Assembly (NCBI GenBank): GCA_030950365.1
Contig: JAUZRQ010000091.1
Coordinates: forward strand, 20,820-84,819
Source: Candidatus Zhuqueibacterota bacterium
GTDB taxonomy: Bacteria > Zhuqueibacterota > Zhuqueibacteria > Zhuqueibacterales > Geothermadaptataceae
Length of the DNA stretch: 64,000 nt
Reading direction: 5' to 3'
The notes under the pieces were generated by a model. The model saw nothing but the letters and a program-made list of their open reading frames with translations, was not told where the DNA came from and made no database searches. Each line of letters starts with the position of its first letter. Position 1 is the first letter of the stretch. Position numbers and translations under genes: made by a program. Below, in pieces: positions 33,547 through 43,563 of the stretch.

Positions 33547-36195
33547 ATGAGCAGGACCATGGCTATCCTCATGTGCTTTTTGCTGCCCTTATATGCTCAG
33601 GCACAGGCGTCGGATCAGAACAACGACAAACGGGTCTATTACGCCAAACGCATCGAAGGCCAGCGTCCGGTCATCGATGGCAAACTGAACGATCCCGTCT
33701 GGCGGCAAATTCCCGAGGCCGGCGATTTTACCCAAATCGAGCCGCATGAGAGCAAGCCTCCTACGGAGCCGACCGGCTTCCGGATCGGCTACGACAACAA
33801 AAACCTGTACGTCGCCATTCGGGCTTACGATTCGCGGCCCGCAACCATCACCCGCCGGGTGGCCCGCCGGGATGACGGCGCCGACTCGGACCTGGTCGGC
33901 GTGATCATCGACAGCTATTTTGACCACCGCACCGCGTTTCTGTTCGGCGTGAACGCCGCCGGCGTGCGCCAGGACGAAGTGTGGAGCCGAAACGGCGAGG
34001 TACAGGACGATAGCTGGGATCCCGTCTGGGTGGCCGAAGTCAACGTGGATAGTCTGGGCTGGACGGCGGAAATTCGCATTCCGCTGAGCCAGTTGCGGTT
34101 CGCGCGCAAGAAAGAACATGTGTGGGGTCTGCAGGTGTTCCGGCGGCTGTATCGCAACCAGGAGCTGTCCACCTGGCAATTCATTCCGCAGGATGCCCCC
34201 GGAATCATCCACCTGTTCGGAGAACTGCGCGGGCTGAGCAACCTCATGCCGCCGCGGCGCCTCGAGCTCCTGCCCTATTCCGTGAGCAAGTTGCAGCGCT
34301 TCAAAAAAGAACCCGGCAATCCGTTTGCGCCGGGGCAGCTTGCTCGCCTCAATGGCGGCCTGGACGCCAAAATCGGCGTCACCAGCGACCTCACCCTCGA
34401 CGTTACCATCAATCCGGATTTCGGGCAGGTGGAAGCCGATCCGTCTGTGGTCAACCTCTCCGAATTCGAAACTTTTTTTGAAGAGAAACGGCCATTTTTT
34501 ATCGAAGGGCGGGACATCCTCGACTTTGCCCTGATGGTGGGCGATGGAGATTTCGGCCGCGAATCGCTGTTTTATTCGCGGCGCATCGGGCGTCAGCCGC
34601 AGTACTATCCGTCTTTGCAGGCCGGCGAGTACAGCAAAATTCCGGAGAATACGGCCATCCTCGGCGCGCTGAAACTATCCGGCAAAACCGAAGGCGGCCT
34701 GTCGATTAGCATTCTCGACGCCATCACCGCCAGAGAAAGCGCAGAGATCGATTTCAATGGCCAGCGGCGGTTTCAAACCGTGGAACCGTTCACCAACTAT
34801 TTTGTCGGTCGGATTCAGCAGGATTACCAAAAAGGCGCGACGCGTATCGGCGGCATTGTCACCGCCACCAACCGCAATCTCGATGAGGCGCATCTGCGCT
34901 TTCTCAACCGGGAGGCCTATTCCGGCGGCGTGGATTTTCACCATGAATGGAAAGATCGCAGTTACTTCATCGACCTGCGGACGGCCTTCAGCCATATCCG
35001 CGGCGACCGGCAGGCGCTGCTGCGGATGCAAATCTCTTCCGCGCGCTATTTTCAGCGCCCCGACGTGTCACACGTTCGCCTGGATTCTTCTCGTACCTCC
35101 CTATCCGGCCATGGCGGCTATATCATGATCGGTCGTACTGGTAAAGGACACTGGCGTTATGCAATGGGCGGAGCCTGGCGTTCGCCCGGCCTCGAGGTCA
35201 ACGACCTGGGCTATTTGCGCTCCGCCGATCGCATCATGCAATTCGTGTGGCTGCAGTACCGGGAATGGACACCGCGCTGGATTTTCCGGCAATTTCAAAT
35301 CAGTTTCAACCAGTGGAGCGGTTTTGATTTTGCCGGCCGCCGGCTGTTTTTTGGCGGCAACGCCAGTTTCAGCGGACAGTTCAAAAACTACTGGAATTTT
35401 GCCATGGGCGTCAATCGCGAGTTCGATGAGCTGGATGCAACGGCGCTGCGGGGCGGCCCAGCATTGCGCACACCCGGTGGCTTCAGCCTGTGGTACAATA
35501 TTTTTTCCGATCCGCGACGAACCTTTCGCGTAGGGATGGGCGGTTTCTTTTTCAATTCCACCCAACCCGGCCATCGCCAAATTCGCAACGTCCGGCTGAA
35601 TCTGACTTACCGTCCGGGCAATGCGGTCAACATCAGCATGAATCCGTTTTACAGCCAAGCCGATCGCAACCTGCAGTACATTGGCGCATTTACCGTGAAT
35701 GGGGCCAAATCTTATCTATTCGGCGCCATCGACCAGACCACGCTCGGCATTGTGCTGCGGCTCAACATCAGCCTCACGCCCGATCTCTCCATTCAGTATT
35801 ATGGCCAGCCGTTCATTTCCGCCGGCAAATATTCGCGATTCAAAAAAATCACCGATCCGAAAGCCGAACGCTATGAGGAACGGTTTCACGAATTCTCGGC
35901 CCAGGAAATCCGCTATGCGAATGGCGGCGATGTCCTGGAAGTGGATGAGAATGGCGACGGGCAGGTGGACTATCGGTTTGGCAAACCGGATTTCAATTTC
36001 AAGCAGTTCCGCAGCAATCTGGTGATTCGGTGGGAGTACATCCCCGGGTCCACACTCTATCTGGTGTGGTCGCAGGAACGCACCGGCTACGATCCGACCG
36101 GCGAATTTGTCTTCGGCCGCAACTTCGACGACCTGTTCGGAATCTATCCCAACAACGTGTTTCTGGTCAAGATCAGCCGGTGGTTTTCGCTGTGA
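33547..36195 (+). CDS. Outer-membrane protein with CBM9/DOMON-like N-terminal domain and large beta-barrel-like C-terminus (DUF5916-like)
   Basis: Signal peptide. DGKLNDPVWRQIPEAGDFTQIEP...NLYVAIRAYD is typical of CBM9-like modules. The rest is long and rich in alternating aromatic/Gly residues, ending in ...VKISRWFSL. GGAGG RBS. Confidence 0.7.
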   Translation: MSRTMAILMCFLLPLYAQAQASDQNNDKRVYYAKRIEGQRPVIDGKLNDPVWRQIPEAGDFTQIEPHESKPPTEPTGFRIGYDNKNLYVAIRAYDSRPATITRRVARRDDGADSDLVGVIIDSYFDHRTAFLFGVNAAGVRQDEVWSRNGEVQDDSWDPVWVAEVNVDSLGWTAEIRIPLSQLRFARKKEHVWGLQVFRRLYRNQELSTWQFIPQDAPGIIHLFGELRGLSNLMPPRRLELLPYSVSKLQRFKKEPGNPFAPGQLARLNGGLDAKIGVTSDLTLDVTINPDFGQVEADPSVVNLSEFETFFEEKRPFFIEGRDILDFALMVGDGDFGRESLFYSRRIGRQPQYYPSLQAGEYSKIPENTAILGALKLSGKTEGGLSISILDAITARESAEIDFNGQRRFQTVEPFTNYFVGRIQQDYQKGATRIGGIVTATNRNLDEAHLRFLNREAYSGGVDFHHEWKDRSYFIDLRTAFSHIRGDRQALLRMQISSARYFQRPDVSHVRLDSSRTSLSGHGGYIMIGRTGKGHWRYAMGGAWRSPGLEVNDLGYLRSADRIMQFVWLQYREWTPRWIFRQFQISFNQWSGFDFAGRRLFFGGNASFSGQFKNYWNFAMGVNREFDELDATALRGGPALRTPGGFSLWYNIFSDPRRTFRVGMGGFFFNSTQPGHRQIRNVRLNLTYRPGNAVNISMNPFYSQADRNLQYIGAFTVNGAKSYLFGAIDQTTLGIVLRLNISLTPDLSIQYYGQPFISAGKYSRFKKITDPKAERYEERFHEFSAQEIRYANGGDVLEVDENGDGQVDYRFGKPDFNFKQFRSNLVIRWEYIPGSTLYLVWSQERTGYDPTGEFVFGRNFDDLFGIYPNNVFLVKISRWFSL

Positions 36196-36294
36196 AATGA
36201 TTGGTAAAAATAACAATGCTGAAGCGATTCAGCCATACCAGCATTTCGATACATCCTTTGTCCTTCCATGGAACGAGCATTCTATGAAATTCCG

Positions 36295-36343
36295 GACTTT
36301 CAGCGGCTGCCTCCTGGTTGCCGCTGAAAGTCTATTGTTTTTT
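36295..36343 (+). terminator. Rho-independent terminator (stem shares sequence with repeat module 1)
   Basis: A 13-bp perfect stem, gactttcagcggc (36295-36307) / gccgctgaaagtc (36320-36332), followed by tattgtttttt. Confidence 0.75.
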
Positions 36344-36642
36344 AAATGAAACTGCTTTAACATATCGTAAAAGTTGTGGGTCAACTTCATCTTCACCTCG
36401 CATGCCCCGCAGATCAATCGCCATTTGCCACATCGCGGCAAACCGCTCCTGTGGCGATACATTTTGCCAGAATTAATATTAGTAGTCAAAAGTAAGAGTC
36501 TTGAAACGGTGCCCGTTGCTTTTTGAACACCATTCGCTTTCCTCTGGGAACGATCACACCGCATCTTCTTCTTGCCATTCAATCAAAATTTCTGTAAGAT
36601 GTAAAGCTCCATATCACTATACCGTAGGGAGGAATTGCTGCG

Positions 36643-37626
36643 ATGAAAGCCGTTCTGGTGAAATCGCCTGGAGATGCCGATCAGCTCTATATCGGCGAAG
36701 CACCCATGCCCGAAACCGGCGATGGAGACCTGCTTGTGCGCGTCAAAGCCACGGCGCTGAACCGCGCGGACCTTTTGCAGCGACGGGGACTGTATCCACC
36801 GCCGCCCGGCGCTTCGGACATCATTGGGCTGGAGATGGCAGGGACGGTGGTCAGTCGGGGCAAGCGGTGCCAGCGCTTTCAGCCCGGCGACCGGGTGTTT
36901 GGCCTGCTGCCCGGCGGCGGATATGCCGAATATGTCGCCATTCCGGAAGGCATGACCATGCCCATCCCGGACAACCTGTCTTTCGAAGAAGCCGCGGCCA
37001 TTCCCGAAGCCTTTCTCACCGCGTTTCAGGCGTTGCACTGGCTTGGCGGATTTCGCGAGGGCCATATCGTGCTGATTCATGCCGGAGCGAGCGGCGTGGG
37101 CACGGCGGCGATTCAACTGGTCCGCGAGGGCGGCGGCCGTGCCATTGTGACCGCCGGCTCCGAGCCCAAATTGCAGGTCTGCCGCGCTCTCGGCGCCACC
37201 GATGCCTTCAATTACAAACAAGGCCCATTCGCGGAGAAAGTGCTAGAGGTCACCCACGGTCACGGCGCGGATATCATCATCGATTTCGTCGGCGCTTCTT
37301 ACCTCGATCAGAATTTGACCGCCATCGCCGTTGACGGACGCATGGTCGTGCTTTCGCTTCTCGGCGGCAGCGTGGCGGAGCGGTTCGACATGCGCAAGCT
37401 CATGCGAAAACGCGCGCGCATCGAGGGCTCCACCCTCCGCGGACGTTCGCTGGAATACAAAATCAAACTCACGACCGACTTCAGTCAGTACGCCCTGCCG
37501 CGGTTTCATAGCGGTGCTTTGAAGCCGGTCATCGATCGCGTGTTTTCCTGGAAGGAGGTTTCGGAGGCACATCGATACATGGAGGCCAACAAAAACATCG
37601 GCAAAATCATACTGCGGATCGATTGA
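36643..37626 (+). CDS. NAD(P)H:quinone oxidoreductase (medium-chain dehydrogenase, PIG3/Qor type)
   Basis: Full-length MDR pattern (LVRVKATALNRADLLQRRGLYPPPPG..., AGASGVGTAAIQL nucleotide-binding motif). GGGAGG RBS. Confidence 0.85.
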   Translation: MKAVLVKSPGDADQLYIGEAPMPETGDGDLLVRVKATALNRADLLQRRGLYPPPPGASDIIGLEMAGTVVSRGKRCQRFQPGDRVFGLLPGGGYAEYVAIPEGMTMPIPDNLSFEEAAAIPEAFLTAFQALHWLGGFREGHIVLIHAGASGVGTAAIQLVREGGGRAIVTAGSEPKLQVCRALGATDAFNYKQGPFAEKVLEVTHGHGADIIIDFVGASYLDQNLTAIAVDGRMVVLSLLGGSVAERFDMRKLMRKRARIEGSTLRGRSLEYKIKLTTDFSQYALPRFHSGALKPVIDRVFSWKEVSEAHRYMEANKNIGKIILRID

Positions 37627-37628
37627 TT

Positions 37629-40238
37629 ATGCCGCCCACGGAGACATCGTTTTCACTGCCCGGACGGCTGCACACCTTCGTTCGTGCGCTGCAGAACCTT
37701 CACCCGCTGCCGAAATCGTTGAGGGGCAACCTGCTGGGATGGAGCGGCACCCTGGTGGCCCTGGCGCTGACCACGGCCATGCACATTCCGGCGCAGGATC
37801 TGCTTCTGCTGATCTACTTCATTTTCCTTTACCGTCTCAGCCGACAACTCTGGGAGCGGTTCCGTCCACCCTATGAAGTCCTGATGTTCCTGTTCTATCT
37901 GTTTCTGATGCTGGATGGATTCATCATCCGCTTCACCAGCGGCGGCACTCCGGGGGCGTTCCTCACCTTCTGGCATGTTATTTTCCTCGGCCTGCTCGGT
38001 TTCGTGCTGACGCTGCAAATCACCACCAACGGTGCGGGCAAGCGCGGGCAACTCTTCTGGTTTGCCTTCTTGCTGATCATTGCAGAAAATTTCATTCCGG
38101 ATCAGCGGGAACTGCTGCAATTTTTCTTCGCGGCCCTGCTGTTCATCTCGGTACTGCAGCAAACCCGCTGGCTGCAAAGCCTGACGCGGCGAGAATGTTT
38201 TTTATATCTGCCCCTCTTGCTTCTGTTTTACAACTATCTTACCGGATGGCCGCTGCCATCTCTGATTAACATGCGGCATTTCGCCGACGCCGAGCTGTGG
38301 GCTACGGCACCGACCTACATGTTCATGGTACTGCAATTCCAGGCGCTGGCGGCAGCCGTAAAAATTCCTGTGGTGCTGGTGTACAATCATGCCCGGCTGT
38401 CTCGCAAGCTGTGGATCTCCGGCCTGTTTCAATCCACCTTTCCGCAGTTTATGCAATTTTTTGTACTATCGCTGCTATTTTATTTTCTGATCGCTGGCTG
38501 GCAGGCCAATCAACTCAAATGGGCGCTGATCGAGCTGCCCTCGGCGCCACCCGCAGCGGCATCCGATGATGGAGACTCGCTGGTCTTGCACCATCTCCGC
38601 GGCGATACAACCATTACCCTGCCCGGCTATGAACCGCTGTTGTTGTTACGTCCCATCCCGTCCGAAGGCATTCTGCGCCTGGATCCAGTGCTGGAATCGG
38701 ATGGAAACCGTACCGGCGCGCCGGCGTATTTCTTGTTCCGCAGCGTTCCGGATACCGCCGGACGGTCTTTTCAGTTGCTCCGGTTGAACCGCCGTTTCAT
38801 GAAAATGCTCGTTGCCCAGCGTCCTCCGCTCATCGGCAGCCATCTTGTGTCGCACTCCTATGATTTGCCGGCATGGGCAGCATGGCTATACCGGTTCAAT
38901 ATCCTAACGCCTCAGAGCGGTATCCACATCTTCCCGTTTTCATTGATAACACCTGCTCCTGCATCTCCTATTGCCGCCCCCTTTCCAACAATCAGAGAGG
39001 AAAAGGATGCTCCTTCCGTCTGGCCTTCTACGATGGGGGGAGCGCTGATCATTTTTGGGCGTGTGCTCGCACCTATGTACAATTTCGAGCTCAAATCCAC
39101 TGGCTTTTATGCCTTCGACATTGCCTTTATCCCGGATGCCAGCTTTTTCCGGTCTTCGATCTTTCGCTTTGCGTTATACCTGCTGGGTTTTTACCTGCTT
39201 CTCAACTTTTTCATCATTCGCCGGGTGGCAAAGCTGGGCGCCGAGATCAACAGCATGATCGTCCAGAAATTCAATCAATTGCGCCAGGGCGTGGCGCAGA
39301 TCGCCAGAGGCAACCTGGATTACCGCATCCATCTCGAGGGGCAGGACGAGTTCGTGGAGCTGGCGGATCATTTCAACCGGCTGGGCGGAGAGCTGAAAAA
39401 GAACATCGAAGAAGCGCGGGAAAAGGAACGCTTGCAACAGGAGCTGAAAATTGCGCGCGACGTACAACTCAGCCTGTTGCCCAAATCGCTGCCCGAGATT
39501 CCCGGCTTCGACATCGCCGCCACGCTGCAGACGGCCAATGAAGTCGGCGGCGATTTTTACGATGTTCTGCCCATCGGCCGCGACCGGTTTCTGATCACCC
39601 TCGGCGACGTATCCGGCAAAAGCACCTCGGCCGCCTTTTACATGGCGCAGTGTATCAGCTTGCTGCGGTTTGCGCCGGAATTCTCCACCGACCTGTTGGA
39701 AATCGTCAAGCGGCTGAATCGCTACTTCACCGATGCGCGCGTGGACCGGCAGATTTTCGTCACCGCCATTGTCGGGCTGCTGCAGACGCAACGCGGCGAA
39801 TTGCGGCTGATCCGCGCCGGGCACACGCCGCCGCTGCGGCTCCAGGCCAATGGCACCGGTGAGGTGCAGGAAATCACTTCGCAGGGCACGGGGATTGGCA
39901 TCATCCGGCAGGAACGCGTGTTCGAGCAATCGCTGCAAACAGTGTCGATCGATTTGCAGCCCGGCGAAACCCTGGTACTGTATTCCGACGGATTGATTGA
40001 AGCGTCGCGGCCGGCGCTGAAGGCGCATGCCGGGGGCAGCCAGGAGAACGTCGAATTCTACACCGAGGAGCGGCTGAAAGCCCTGCTCGCCACCCTCGCC
40101 CATCAGCCAGCACAGACGATCCTGGAAGAAGTGCTTCGGGATTTGCATGACTTTTACGCCGGCCATCCACTGACCGACGATGTTTCCCTGATGGTGATCC
40201 AGCGAGTCGAACAGGATAAAACATCAGGCACCTTGTAG
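37629..40238 (+). CDS. Polytopic membrane sensor with HAMP domain and PP2C (SpoIIE/RsbU-type) phosphatase domain
   Basis: ATG 37629 is preferred over TTG 37623. Many N-terminal TM helices. HAMP (NQLRQGVAQIARGNLDYRIHLEGQDEFVELADHFNRL). PP2C motifs ARDVQLSLLP, GGDFYDV, GDVSGKS and TDDVSLMV. Confidence 0.85.
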   Translation: MPPTETSFSLPGRLHTFVRALQNLHPLPKSLRGNLLGWSGTLVALALTTAMHIPAQDLLLLIYFIFLYRLSRQLWERFRPPYEVLMFLFYLFLMLDGFIIRFTSGGTPGAFLTFWHVIFLGLLGFVLTLQITTNGAGKRGQLFWFAFLLIIAENFIPDQRELLQFFFAALLFISVLQQTRWLQSLTRRECFLYLPLLLLFYNYLTGWPLPSLINMRHFADAELWATAPTYMFMVLQFQALAAAVKIPVVLVYNHARLSRKLWISGLFQSTFPQFMQFFVLSLLFYFLIAGWQANQLKWALIELPSAPPAAASDDGDSLVLHHLRGDTTITLPGYEPLLLLRPIPSEGILRLDPVLESDGNRTGAPAYFLFRSVPDTAGRSFQLLRLNRRFMKMLVAQRPPLIGSHLVSHSYDLPAWAAWLYRFNILTPQSGIHIFPFSLITPAPASPIAAPFPTIREEKDAPSVWPSTMGGALIIFGRVLAPMYNFELKSTGFYAFDIAFIPDASFFRSSIFRFALYLLGFYLLLNFFIIRRVAKLGAEINSMIVQKFNQLRQGVAQIARGNLDYRIHLEGQDEFVELADHFNRLGGELKKNIEEAREKERLQQELKIARDVQLSLLPKSLPEIPGFDIAATLQTANEVGGDFYDVLPIGRDRFLITLGDVSGKSTSAAFYMAQCISLLRFAPEFSTDLLEIVKRLNRYFTDARVDRQIFVTAIVGLLQTQRGELRLIRAGHTPPLRLQANGTGEVQEITSQGTGIGIIRQERVFEQSLQTVSIDLQPGETLVLYSDGLIEASRPALKAHAGGSQENVEFYTEERLKALLATLAHQPAQTILEEVLRDLHDFYAGHPLTDDVSLMVIQRVEQDKTSGTL

Positions 40239-40254
40239 GTGCCTGATGTTTCTT
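40223..40254 (+). terminator. Hairpin terminator overlapping the stop codon
   Basis: Stem ATCAGGCACC (40223-40232) / GGTGCCTGAT (40238-40247), loop ttgta, followed by gtttctt. Confidence 0.6.
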
Positions 40255-40416
40255 GATTAACCCACGCCCTGTGCCGCTTTCAGAAACCTGTTATCGCCTT
40301 TAAGCGTTATTCTATTGAGCCATTTACGCATTTCATAACCGGTCTTTCTTCCGTTTCCAAACGTCGTACAATTTCGCCGATCAATCCGAACCGACTGGCA
40401 GGAGGAGGTGAGAAGC

Positions 40417-42075
40417 ATGTTTGCCTTTTCCCGGCTCAGATGGAGCCGACCGGTCATCTTCATTGCCATCCTGGGATTGCTAGCGTTTTCTGAAAGCGAC
40501 GACGTTTTTCGCGAATACAACCTCAAATACCTCGATGACATCTTTACCCAAATTTCCGATCCGCTGCAGGCCACACGCGTGTACTACCAGGCGCTGGAGC
40601 AGCTCAAATTGCCCACCGAAGTCAATTTCGACCGCCTGAAACGGCTGGAAGGTGACGTTGAGGATATCTTCTCGGACCGCGATCGCGAACAATACCGGGC
40701 TTTGCCGACGCACGCGGCGCGGGTCAAATTCATGCTGTATTTTTGGCGGCGCGAAGACATGACCCCGGCCACCGAAGTCAACGAAAGATTAATTGAGCAT
40801 TATCAGCGACTGGCCTACGTAAGACAGGCGTTCCCGGCCTTCAATAAACGTGGCTACGACGATCGCGGCGCGATTTACGTTAGATACGGTCCTCCCGATG
40901 AGCGAGTGATTAGCCCGGAAACCGGCTATTGTAACGCCATGGAAACCTGGGCCTATTACAAATTCGGCAAACCAGTGACGTTTGATTTCATCGACAAAGG
41001 CGACGGTTTCCGCCTGGCGATGCGGTTTGATGAGGGCGTCAAAGTCGGGGATCAGCTTTCGCGCTGGCAGGCCATCGGTGAGCTGCTGGACCGCCGCAAG
41101 CACCTGAGCACCACCTGGTTTGCCATGCGGACGGCCTGGGATCAGTACGAGCATGAGCCCATCGGCATGCAGCGCAAGCTGCTGCTGCTCGATCAGGTCA
41201 TCTCCGAGCAGTCCGAACGTATCCTGGTAGCGCGCAAGCAACTGCCCATCACCACCACCGATGTATTCAAAGACCAGAAACCGCTCCCATTTACAGCACG
41301 CGCGGCCTGGTTCCGTGATTCGGATTTGCAGCATACTTTCTTGCTGTATTTTTCCGTGCGCCGACGGGACATCATCGACGCCGATGAGGCGAACCTGCAC
41401 TGCCGGGCGGCCATCAAATGGTCAGATCAGCGGCTCATCACATCCACAATGGACTCCATAGCTGTGCCTCTGATGAATGGCTCCGGCGCCGAAATCCTTT
41501 CCGGTGGCTGGCAGTTTCATGTCGGACCCGGTTCGTATATTCTGGCGCTGGAATTGCAAAATCCTGCCGGTATTCAGCACAGCAGCAAAACCTTCATTGC
41601 CGAAACCGGCCCCACCGATTCACACACCCTGCAACTCAGCAGCGTGATTTTTGCCAGCCGGATCGACTCGATGGATGCCATGGTGCCCGGCAGCATTGTC
41701 CGAAATGGTCTGCGAATTCTGCCACTGGCCATCGACAAACTACCGGCAGATCAACCGGTGTTCATCTACTTCGAACTCTACAATCTGCAGGTGGATAGCA
41801 ACAACGAAAGCTTTTTCGAACTGGAGTATAGCGTCGAGCGCGGGGCCGGAGGTGGGCTGGCCGGATTGCTGAACCGGATCAATCCGTTCTCCGGCAAAAA
41901 GGATCGCATCAGCTTGAAGGAAGTGCGCCGGGAAAAGGGTTCGCGCCGGCCCATTTTCTTTCAATTCGATTTTCGCAACTTGCTCACCGGGCAGTACACG
42001 CTCACCGTGCGCGTCAAAGACCATTACTCCAACATCGTGCGCGAACGGCAGGTGCAATTTGCGCTCACGGATTGA
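40417..42075 (+). CDS. GWxTD-domain protein
   Basis: ATG 40417 sits 9 nt after a GGAGGAGG RBS; the track start 40408 is a GTG inside the RBS. Signal-like N-terminus. KRGYDDRGAIYVRYGPPDE matches the GWxTD core (variant GYDDRG). Confidence 0.7.
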   Translation: MFAFSRLRWSRPVIFIAILGLLAFSESDDVFREYNLKYLDDIFTQISDPLQATRVYYQALEQLKLPTEVNFDRLKRLEGDVEDIFSDRDREQYRALPTHAARVKFMLYFWRREDMTPATEVNERLIEHYQRLAYVRQAFPAFNKRGYDDRGAIYVRYGPPDERVISPETGYCNAMETWAYYKFGKPVTFDFIDKGDGFRLAMRFDEGVKVGDQLSRWQAIGELLDRRKHLSTTWFAMRTAWDQYEHEPIGMQRKLLLLDQVISEQSERILVARKQLPITTTDVFKDQKPLPFTARAAWFRDSDLQHTFLLYFSVRRRDIIDADEANLHCRAAIKWSDQRLITSTMDSIAVPLMNGSGAEILSGGWQFHVGPGSYILALELQNPAGIQHSSKTFIAETGPTDSHTLQLSSVIFASRIDSMDAMVPGSIVRNGLRILPLAIDKLPADQPVFIYFELYNLQVDSNNESFFELEYSVERGAGGGLAGLLNRINPFSGKKDRISLKEVRREKGSRRPIFFQFDFRNLLTGQYTLTVRVKDHYSNIVRERQVQFALTD

Positions 42076-42247
42076 TTTTGCACATGCGCCGCCGTTTTCT
42101 GCGCCACCCCTGACATTATTCCGTTCTGGTGATGAGTCCCGCATCCAGTGCGCGGCAATTTCAGCGGCCAGGCAATACCTTGCTTCCTTCAAGGAGGTCG
42201 CCGCGCGGCCACAGAACGGCTGCTCGCGAAAACGGCTAAATGGCCCA

Positions 42248-42367
42248 TTAGACCTGCTTTTAGACCTGCGTCCCAAGTTTAACTTGGGACGCAGGCTTTG
42301 GGAGGCAGGTCTAAATAGAACCCATCATCGCGAGTCTCCGCCGGCTGGCGGTTCCTCGCAATGACGG
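42248..42367. repeat. Cluster of palindromic repeat modules, locus B
   Basis: A 31-nt perfect palindrome, cctgcgtcccaagtttaacttgggacgcagg (42265-42295), lies inside a 10-bp outer inverted repeat ttagacctgc (42248-42257, directly repeated at 42260-42269) / gcaggtctaa (42305-42314). The hairpin tcatcgcgag...ctcgcaatga (42324-42364) has a counterpart at 52609-52649. Confidence 0.7.
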
Positions 42368-42501
42368 ATGAATACCGAATTTGGCCCCCTTTCTCAACTG
42401 AAACCTGGGAAGGAAATCCCTAAATAATCCCTGATAATTTCTCACGGCGCGCTCGGCGTCTCTGCGAGCTTTTTCATTCCTGATGGTCATCCCCTCGCTG
42501 C

Positions 42502-43563
42502 TCATCCCGTGTTTCGCTGAATCGACGTCAGCGTATTGACGAAAAACAGCAAAATCGCCACGCCGTTCAGCCAGCCGCCGATGATTCGTCCTCCCGGCAT
42601 CAACTGCCAGTCTGCCAGAATCCGGTATAGCAGCGAAAGGTGCAACAGGATCACATGCGTGTAAAATAGACCGGTGTACTGTATTTTCACGTTAAAAATG
42701 GCCGGGAACACGATGGGCGCATGGGCGAAAATCATAGTGAACACAAAGCCCAGAAAAAATGCATGCATTACGGCATCATAGCGGAAACCAGCGGTCATCA
42801 TGCCCCAGACATAGGCCAGTACTCCGGCAACCACCAGCCACGCAAACCCTGAAATCAGGGTGATGCCCATAAAACGGTACAGGCCGGTCTGACGCAGATT
42901 TTTTCTGGCCAGATCGAAGCGGATCAGCCAGACGCCCAGCGCCGCCATGCCGATCCCCAGCAGTTGCATGCCCCGGCCGTGATCGAACAGGCTGAATGCC
43001 ATGCCGGACAAAAACACGGCCATAGTCACCCAGAACAGCATCACGGCGCGGCGGCCGGGCTGCAAAATACGGCTCAATTCCCAGCGCTCGCCAGCGATGG
43101 TCAGCACCAGAAAGCCGAACCAGAACGGTGCCACCTGCGGCAAAGCGTATCCGGCCAGCCAGAGGACGTTGCCGGCAAGCCAGCTCACCCCGCCGATGGT
43201 CATCAAATGCGCCGGCAGGGCACGGATGCGCCGCGACAGCGCAACCAGCAACGCCAGCAACACTCCGGCGGCCAGCACTTCCAGAATCGGTGCCAGCCAG
43301 GCCAGCCGATCGACCAAAATCAGGAAGCCGCCGGCGCCGGCGAAAATAGGCGCCAGGAAGCCCCACCGACGCTCATAAGTCACCGCCCGTTCCATGGCGA
43401 TGAGCGTGCCCAAAAAGCCGCACACCATCAGCGCGCCGTGGAGATTGAACATGGGATCGTGCGGAAACGGCGTCCGCCAACCTGCGCGCCAGAGGCCGGT
43501 CAGGATGCCAGCCAGCAGCGAAATGATCGCCAGCAGCATGATGGGAAAGCGCTTCTTGGTCAT
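42502..43563 (-). CDS. Polytopic membrane protein (about 10-12 TM; possibly NnrS-like)
   Basis: Hydrophobic throughout. Conserved-looking His in helices (NLHGALMVCGF, AVMHAFFLGFVFTMIFAHAP). ATGA overlap with the upstream gene. The family assignment is tentative. Confidence 0.55.
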   Translation of the reverse strand: MTKKRFPIMLLAIISLLAGILTGLWRAGWRTPFPHDPMFNLHGALMVCGFLGTLIAMERAVTYERRWGFLAPIFAGAGGFLILVDRLAWLAPILEVLAAGVLLALLVALSRRIRALPAHLMTIGGVSWLAGNVLWLAGYALPQVAPFWFGFLVLTIAGERWELSRILQPGRRAVMLFWVTMAVFLSGMAFSLFDHGRGMQLLGIGMAALGVWLIRFDLARKNLRQTGLYRFMGITLISGFAWLVVAGVLAYVWGMMTAGFRYDAVMHAFFLGFVFTMIFAHAPIVFPAIFNVKIQYTGLFYTHVILLHLSLLYRILADWQLMPGGRIIGGWLNGVAILLFFVNTLTSIQRNTG

